The translations under genes and the position numbers were made by a program. A stretch of DNA of 64,000 nt, from NCBI GenBank assembly GCA_951406725.2, contig OX597824.1, positions 29,946,001-30,010,000 of the forward strand. Reading direction: 5' to 3'. The notes under the pieces are model-generated. The model did not search any database and was not told the DNA's origin. It saw nothing but the letters and a program-made list of their open reading frames with translations. The first letter of the stretch is position 1, and each line of letters begins with the position of its first letter. This DNA comes from Octopus vulgaris (lineage: Eukaryota). Shown piece after piece: positions 55,220-64,000 of this stretch.

Positions 55220-56452
55220 GCATGTGTGCACGCGTAGGTTTGAATATGCGCGCGAGTATGTGTATGTATGTATATATATATATGTTTGTACTAGGTATGT
55301 ATGTATGTATGTATGATGCATGTATATAAAGAGATAGAGATTTGAAAATCTCTGTCAACTTTAGCGATTCTAATTCCCTTTTCATTAACCAGATTCCAAG
55401 AGGAAATAGAAACATTACATTTTTCAGGTGCCAATTGTATTTGCCGTTTTCCCTTCTTATCTACGATTTTCTTCTCTCTTTTTTTTTTTTTTTTAACTTT
55501 TACCATTTTTTAAAATATTTCCATCCAGTTGTAGTATGCGATGTCCGTGGATTTTGACGAACAAATGTTTAGTGTTCGATGTATTTAATTTTGCACCAAA
55601 GATCGACATTGTTGCTGAACAATAGAAGGATGACGATTTTCGGTCCCAGATTGAGTCCAAGTATCTTAAAAACTTTACATAGGTTTATTGTTATTTTTAT
55701 TTTTGTTTTTTCATTTTGACTTTTTTTATTTTTAATGTAGCTATTTCTGTCAGATTTGAGTACCGTTTGACAGCAAAAACATTTCTTTAAATCAAAAACA
55801 GCTTTTACTTAATAGTCCATAACCAGCCAATCTCATCAGCAAAATTTGTCACATTCTCTCACAGAACTTGCTTAATAAATAAAGCCTCTGTCCGATTTTA
55901 ATGCCTTTTTTCTTTTACATTAGCACACATACACACACAAAAAACACACACACACACACGTGTATGTATATACAGACACACAATGCATAATAAGCAAGCA
56001 CACATATCTACAAACATGTACACACTCATACATACGTACATAAATTTTTTGTCATACATACACTTGAATTCATATATGCATATATATATATATATATATA
56101 TTCATGCACACATAAATCCATATATATACACATAGACATGCAAAACAACTGCCTTGATCTCTATTTATTCAATTCTTATCTACTATTTTATAAAATAATA
56201 TAAACATTTCATTTAAACGTTTTTTTTTTGTATATTGTGCATTATGCAAAAAAAGACCCACTAAAAAACAAATATATATATATATATATATGTCGTATTA
56301 TATTTTGTGTGTGAGCATGCATATATGTATAATACGTGTGTATATGTATGCATTAATGCACGTTTGTATGTATTCCTTTTTTCAAACTTAAACATACCAC
56401 AGTTGACTAAATGAGTACGTGTGTGTGTGTGCGCGCGCGTGCATATATATAT

Positions 56453-56509
<57 letters not shown>

Positions 56510-56525
56510 TCTATATACATACCCT

Positions 56526-56575
56526 TCTGAGTGGATTTGGTTGACGGAAACTGAAAGAAGCCTGTCGCATACATA

Positions 56576-56640
<65 letters not shown>

Positions 56641-56860
56641 TGTGTGTATGTATGTATATGTCTGTGTGTCTGTGTTTGTCCCCTCAACATCGCTTGACAC
56701 CCGATGTTGGTGTGTTTACGTCCCCGTAACATAGCGGTTCGGCAAAAGAGGCTGATAGAATAAGTACTCGGCTTACAAAGAATAAGTCCTGGAGTCGATT
56801 TGTTCGACTAAAGGCGATGCTCCAGCATGGCCGCAGTCAAATGACTGAAGCAAATAACAG
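56526..56860 (+). mobile_element. SINE family A, 5'-truncated
   Basis: Family A blocks. Confidence 0.85.
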
Positions 56861-56939
56861 AATATATATATTCATTTATGCACACACACACACAATACAC
56901 ACACACACACACATATATATATTTTAAACGTCCTTGTCA

Positions 56940-57356
56940 TTCACTTGTTTCAGGGATTTGACTGTGGCCAAGCTGGAACTCTACCTTCAAGAATTTCAGT
57001 CGAATCAATCTACCCTGTACTTATCTTTCTAAAACTTGGTACCTATTCTAGTGGTCACTTTTGCTTAACCGTTACGTTACAGGTACGTAAACACACCAAC
57101 ACCGGTTGTCAAGTGGTAGTGGAAGACAGACACAAATACACACAACGACGCGTGCGAATGCACACTCACTCGCACACACACACACACACACATATATGTG
57201 GGATGGGATTCTTTCAGTTTCCGTCTACCACTCATAAGGCTTTGGTCGGTTCAAAGCTATCGTAGAAAACACTTGTCTAAGGCATCACGCAGTGGTATTG
57301 AACCCGGTACCATTTGGCTGGAAAGCAAACGTCTTATCACATAGCCACGCCTGCGC

Positions 57357-57358
<2 letters not shown>
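56940..57358 (-). mobile_element. SINE family A, diverged
   Basis: Family A blocks. Confidence 0.8.
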
Positions 57359-57421
<63 letters not shown>

Positions 57422-57823
57422 CTAAATCACCATGAAAAATTGTGGTTACATGTGTTATAAACATACAAACATATACGTGCATACATGCATGCATTCATTC
57501 ATATATACATACATACATACATACATACATGCATACAAGCATGCATGCATACATACATACATACATACATACATACATACATACATACATTTATACATAC
57601 ATACATACATACATACATACATACATACACACATACATACATACATACATACAAGCATGCATGCATGCATACATACATACATACATACATTCATTCATAC
57701 ATACATACATACATACATACATACATACATACATACATACATACATACATACATACATACATACATACATACATACATACATACATACATACATACATAC
57801 ATACATACATACATACATACATA

Positions 57824-59640
57824 CGGCATTTCAAAGGGAATATTCCAGGGAGATAGTCTTTCTATACTTCTTTTCATTTTGGCACTGAATCCATTATCGT
57901 TCCTACTGCAGAAAACAAATGGTTATATGCTAGGATTTTCAACTGCTAGAAATATCAATGTAACTCATTATTTCTTTGTAGACGACCTCAAGATTTATGC
58001 TAAAAGTGTTAACAATCCCAAAACACAAATGGAATGAATAGCAACATTTTCAGCTGATACAGGCATAGAATTTGGCCAAAAAAGAAATGTTCATATTTCG
58101 TTATAGAACGAGGAATGTCAGTCCCCCAAACCCAAAACCTATGCATCAACATTCTCTCTATCTCCCCCATTCCATAGAAAGAATGTTACAAGTACCTAGG
58201 CATTGATGAAAATGTATCATATGAAGGTACTGTGAATAATGGTAGAGTGACCCGAGAATATTACACCAGGCTCAGAAAAATATGGTAGTTGGAACTCTCC
58301 TCTTACAACAAAATAATATCCCACAATACATTTGCAGTGCCAGTACTGATTTCAACATTTGAGATACTTGAATGGTCTGTAGAGGAAATCCACTCCATAG
58401 ATATCAAAACCCGCAAAATCCTGACAACAACTGGGAACTTCCACAGAAACAGTGATGTTGACAGCTCTACCTAAGAAGAATTGAAGGTGTTAGACGTCTG
58501 AGACCAGTGCAGCCGGCCTTCGAATGCCGCGCGGTATCACTCAGGCAGCACCTGTTGAACAACAGCAGCAAAAATAAATATATAAGTGTAATGCTGAAAA
58601 GTGAAGTGAGCAACACTGTACGAGTTGGTAGTGAGCTCCTCAAGAAGCACTCTCTTCCTGATGATCTCCTATACAGCCCCAAAACAGCTGGACTATTTCT
58701 ATCCAAAAGACCTGGTTGGAAAGAACTCAGCATACAAGAAAAGACTATTCATGGGTATGTTGCCTGAAAGCTTGAAGACAGTAGAATTGACACGAAACGC
58801 AGCCTCTCTTGGACACAAGACCACTACATCACATCACACTTTGAAGGCTATGCGTTTGCAATCTGGGAACAGGAGATTGCCACAAAGTACCTGGCAAACA
58901 AGAGAGACAGTGACGCTCTTGTAATCCCAAGGTGCAACCGCATGTGTAGGCTATGTCATGTTTCTGTGGAAGACACTACACATGTGATTAGCAGCTGTCC
59001 TAAAATTTCGTCACGCTACTACCTCCCTATCTGGCACGACGTTGTCGCTGAAAACAATTTACAATACCATCCGCAAAAAGACTGTCCTGAAATAAACTTA
59101 GAAAATCCCTCTGTTATGGAATACATTCATAAACACCAACTCAAGGAATAATGGTGAAAATTCCCACCAAAACTTCTGTCAAATGTAAACATAACTGGCC
59201 GGATATTGTTGTTTGGGACAGAGGGACAAAGGTATGTACCGTCATAGAGGTCAGCTGCCATGAAGATATAAATATCTCTTTGAAAATCTAAGTAAAACAG
59301 GATATCTATGGACAACTGCTTCGAAGCCTCCAGCTTCTACATCCAGACTATGAATTCACATTCATACCAATAATAATTGGAGCACTAGGTTTCGTCAGTA
59401 AATGCTTAAAGGAGAATCTGGATTAACTGGGATTTTCAGAAAGAGAAATCGACCGGCTAATTCGTACATTACAAGTGCAATCTGTGAGTGGAACAATAAA
59501 TATATGCAAGACTTTTCTCAAGTTCCAAATGTAAATTTGTCCATGTTAACTTCATCCCAAAGATGGAGCCTTGTCTCTTGGTTGGCAACCGGCTCCCTCC
59601 TCCAATGGAAGATTCATAATAATTAAAAAATAGAAGAGAC
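57824..59640 (+). mobile_element. 5'-truncated R4/Dong-type non-LTR retrotransposon, pseudogenised
   Basis: RT motifs GIFQGDSLS and FVDDLKIYA; zinc knuckle CRLCHVSVEDTTHVISSC; endonuclease WPDIVVWD...IEVSC; stops and frameshifts; (TACA)n on both sides. Confidence 0.9.
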
Positions 59641-60550
59641 GTACATGCATGAATACATAGATAGATAGATACATACATACATACATACATACATGCATAC
59701 ATACATACATACATACATACATACATACATACATACATACATACATACATACATACATACATACATACATACGTACATACATACAAGAAGCAACCCATTT
59801 TCACGCACGGGTAATGTTATCAAACGTTTTTGTTATCGAAATTAGTGGGTTTCAAACTCGTTATTCAAAGCAAATGAAAAAAATCATCCGCTTATTGCAA
59901 TTAAATATTGATATACTGTTATCAAAATTTTCCTGTGAGTCGTTGCACAACCACTATAATTACGATGAAGATCAAAAGCACATTGTGCTTGCTACAGAAA
60001 CTTCATAAATGTATTTTGATGGTAATGGATGGTAGGGTGGCCATGGGTGGATCGGTGTGAAATAGTATATCGTTAGTGTAACTATAAATCTTTTATCTTT
60101 TATCTCTTAATTGTTTTAGTCATTTCTCTGCGGCCATGCTGGTGCACCGCCTTGAAAAGTTTAGTCGAGCAACTGGATCCCATGGCTTATTCTTTAAAAG
60201 AATGTTACTGGGACGTAAACAAACCAATACCGCTTGTCATACGGTTGTAGGGGCCAATAAGGAGGCGGCGGTAACGGTGGTATCGGCAGCATCGGTAGTA
60301 GCGGCGGCAGTAGCGGCGGCAGTGGTGGTGGTAGTGATGGTGGTGGTGGTGGTGGTGGTGGTGGTGGTGGTGGTGGTGGTGGTGGTGGTGGTGGTGGTGG
60401 TAGTGATGGTGGTGGTGGTTGTGGTGTGGCTGCGGCAGCGGTGACGGTGGTGGCGTGGTGGTGGTAGTGGTGGCTGTGGTGGTGGTGGTGGTGACAGTGG
60501 TGATGGTGCTTGATGATGATGGTGTTGGTAAGGATGGTAAAGATAAAGTG

Positions 60551-60930
60551 AAGACCTCCTTCGGTCACGAATGACCATGGGATTGCACCTAGAAAGTTCC
60601 CTTCTGAAGTACAAGTCCGGGCATGGTTGCTCACGGAAGACCAGCAGTTGCCCATTAATACCAGCGTCTCCTTTCCATACCATTATATGTATATAGGGTG
60701 ACCCCCTCCCCCTCAACTCAGGTATGAATGTCCTTGGGATTGCTCCTAGAAAGTTTGCCTCTGAGGCCCAAGTCCGAACAAGGTTGTTTGCGAAAAACCA
60801 GCAGTCGCGCATGCATACCAGTCTTCCCTCTCCATGCCACCAATGTTTGTTGTCCGAATGAAAGGCAAAGGTCGATAGAGCTTGGCACCAGTGACGTCAC
60901 AACTCATTTCTACAGCTGAGTGAACTGGAG
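60551..60930 (-). mobile_element. SINE family C, partial, with duplicated tail
   Basis: Reverse complement of the 38470-type tail occurs twice. Confidence 0.8.
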
Positions 60931-61003
60931 CAGGTGGTTTTGTATGTTGAGTTGTTGTGCCTAGCTGTATCCGTAAATTTGTGTATGCATACACACACAC
61001 ACA

Positions 61004-61036
<33 letters not shown>

Positions 61037-62216
61037 TATATATATGCGTGCACGTGTATGTGTGTGTGCGCGTGCGAGGACAAATACAGGTGTATTGAAT
61101 ATCATACAGCATAAATTGTTGATTTATCAGAATTATCTCCACCTCTGCGGAATATATCATAATTACCTACTGGCAGTTAGGACCAGTTCATGTGAGAAGA
61201 GGATATCTCAAGAATCAAAAATACTACAAAAATGACATGTCACTTAAAGAAAAGGCCAGATTTATTGTCTGGAAATAAAACGACACTCGTTTCTGCCTCA
61301 ATAAGCGTTATCAACACGACTATCGTCCTAACTTCAGCAGCCAAAGGAATTAGATATATGCATGAATTGAACACATATATTTCGGGGAAGATATTTCTTT
61401 GTTGTACATTTAACCCTTTAACATTCAGATTACTCTGTCAAATGTAGAATAGGTGTGAAAGTCTGGATCTGGTCGATAAAACTGATTGAATATTTGGGTC
61501 GGTTATGACCCGTTTAAACGCTAACAGCTTATATACTTACTGAGCTCCACCATCACCACCACCCTATACATACATGTAACACACACACACATACACATAT
61601 TGACCAGGAAGCTATTTTTGTTAAGGTCTCTTAGCTTTTAATTAGTAATTTTTCGATAATTAAACAATCTTGCGTGATGGTGGAGGGTGGCTCTCTTCAA
61701 TATCTTTGGAACATTAAAAATCTTAATAACTCTCATTCGAAAACAGCATTTTTCTAACTTCCTTTCTCTCTTGCTCCCACCCTCACTCTCCCTCTCCCCT
61801 TTCTCCCCCCTTTCTCTCTCTCTTTCTCTGCAATTCTATGGATTTGGGTTTTTTCAAAGAATTTTTCATTGAATTTGTCATTAATAAAACTAAGAATGTT
61901 TTCATGAAAACGGATTCTAGAAAAACAAGCAAAAACGCAAACGCCTATATATATAACCAAATATGAGCATGTAATACATATACACACACACACATGTATA
62001 TATGTACGTATGTATGTATATATATAAAGAGAGAGAGATTAGTATAATACGTAAGCCATACATAACGCACACGGACTTATGCATACGTACATAATACGTA
62101 CACACATCCATATATATTATATATCATATCTTCAACATATTTCCAAAGGGATCAACATACATTTATTTAATAGTTGCATATATTTTTTCACTCCTAATTT
62201 ATTCAACAATAATAAC

Positions 62217-62271
<55 letters not shown>

Positions 62272-62280
62272 GTAATAGTA

Positions 62281-62328
<48 letters not shown>

Positions 62329-62699
62329 GTAATAGTAATAAAACTTCATTTGAAAAACTCTTTAAATTGAAAATCAATTCATAGCTATTTATTTCAATTT
62401 TTTTCCGACTCAGTTCCGACTCAGGTCAACAATCGGAGACCCTTAATAAGAATTAGATAAATTAGAAACTTATTTAATAATATCTACGACTATGCGTGTG
62501 GGGGTGTTGCAGGGTTTTGATGTTTCTTTAGGGGCCTTTTTATTTTTTTTTTTTTGGTGGGAGATTTTTCTGTTTGCATTCAAGCAATTTCCGTTTGCAA
62601 AATTGCTTTGGAATATAATTTTTGGCCTTCTTCTTTCAACACTTAAACTGCGATATTGGATAGCATATTACAAACGAAGATAAAGTATATATATATGGA

Positions 62700-63085
62700 G
62701 GCAGTGTAGTCGAAAAACTCGCTTATAACTACGTGGTTTCATGTTCAGTCACACTGCGCGGCACATTGGACGTGTGTCATCTACTAAAACCCCCGGCAAA
62801 CTAATGCACCGTGAGAAAATTTGATAGTCGGAAACTGTGCGGAAACCCGTCGTATATGTGCGTGTGTGTGTTGCTTTGTGTTTGTGTTTATCTTTCCACC
62901 ATTTGACAACCTGTGTTGGTTTGTTTACGCATCTGTAACATAGAGATTCAGAAAAGGAAACCAATGGAATAAGTGCCAAACTGAAAAACTAAGTACTGGA
63001 ATCGATCTTGACGACTAGATCACTTCCAAGCGGTTCCCCGGGATGGCCGCAGACAAGTGGCAAACAAGTGAGAGATAAAGGATAA
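62700..63085 (+). mobile_element. SINE family A, diverged
   Basis: Family A blocks. Confidence 0.75.
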
Positions 63086-63256
63086 CAGATATCTATTTAT
63101 CGATATAGATAGATAGATAGCTAAATGCAGATGTAGATATATTTATACATATATATGTATACATATGTATAAATTGCATTCAAAATGTGACCGCGTGTGT
63201 ACCGTTGGCAATTTTTTTTCCTCTGTCTTCCCTTCTCTGGATCTTTCCTTCTCCTA

Positions 63257-63293
63257 TGTTTCCGACGAAGAGCTCCGCTCGAAACGTTAGACA
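63257..63293 (+). ncRNA. Minimal hammerhead motif within a ~210-nt element (63185-63393)
   Basis: TGTTT-CCGACGAA-GAGC-TCC-GCTC-GAAA-CG-TT-AGACA. Confidence 0.6.
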
Positions 63294-63394
63294 CTCCTTC
63301 TTCCCTTCCTTCCTGAGCGTCCAATAATACTATATTTGTTCCACGTCCTCGCGTTGTTGTGTTTTCTCTTTGTGTTTTCATGTTTGGATTAACT

Positions 63395-63440
<46 letters not shown>

Positions 63441-63604
63441 TGTATGTATGTATGAGTGTATGTGTATGGTGTCATATACATATACGTACAAATACACACA
63501 CACACACAAACACATACATGCATACTACATACATACACATACATATATACATATGTACATACATATATATACACACACATACACACATACATTTATATAT
63601 ATTC

Positions 63605-63835
63605 TTTAATTCTTTTACTTGTTTCAGTCATTTGACTGCAGCCATACTGGAGCACCGCCTTTAGTCGAGCAAATCGACCCCAGGACTTATTTCTTGTAAG
63701 CCTAGTACTTATTCTTTCGGTCTTTTTTGAGGAACCGCTAAGTTACGGGAACGTAAACACACCGACATCGGTTGTCAAGTGATGTTGGAGTGACAAACAC
63801 AGACACACAAACTTATACACGCACACACACACATA

Positions 63836-63891
<56 letters not shown>

Positions 63892-64000
63892 CACGACGGG
63901 CTTCTTTCAGTTTCCGTTTACCAAATCCACTCACAACGCTTTGGTCGGCCCAAAGTAGAAAACACTTGCCCAAGGTGACACGCAGTGGGACTGAACTCGG
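63605..64000 (-). mobile_element. SINE family A, running off the window edge
   Basis: Near-consensus copy. Confidence 0.9.

Overview
Repeat-saturated, AT-rich animal genomic DNA (intronic or intergenic). The SINE families and the density of (TA)n/(CA)n/(TACA)n/(AGAT)n microsatellites suggest an octopus or other coleoid cephalopod (inference). No complete protein-coding gene is present, and almost all ORF-track entries are microsatellite or SINE artefacts. Identifiable content: three tRNA-derived SINE groups (about 40 copies, representative ones listed), three fragments of an R4/Dong-type LINE next to (TACA)n, an RTE LINE 3' fragment, a short Helitron with a Rep fragment, hAT-like and Merlin-like MITEs, and one candidate 75-nt minus-strand coding exon. 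The main unexplained signal is about 15 minimal type I hammerhead-ribozyme motifs, read by eye. They occur in three architectures: ~200-nt elements in (TA)n tracts, ~335-347-nt tandem units resembling non-LTR retrozymes, and inverted or fold-back pairs. Coordinates were counted by eye and may be off by a few bases.
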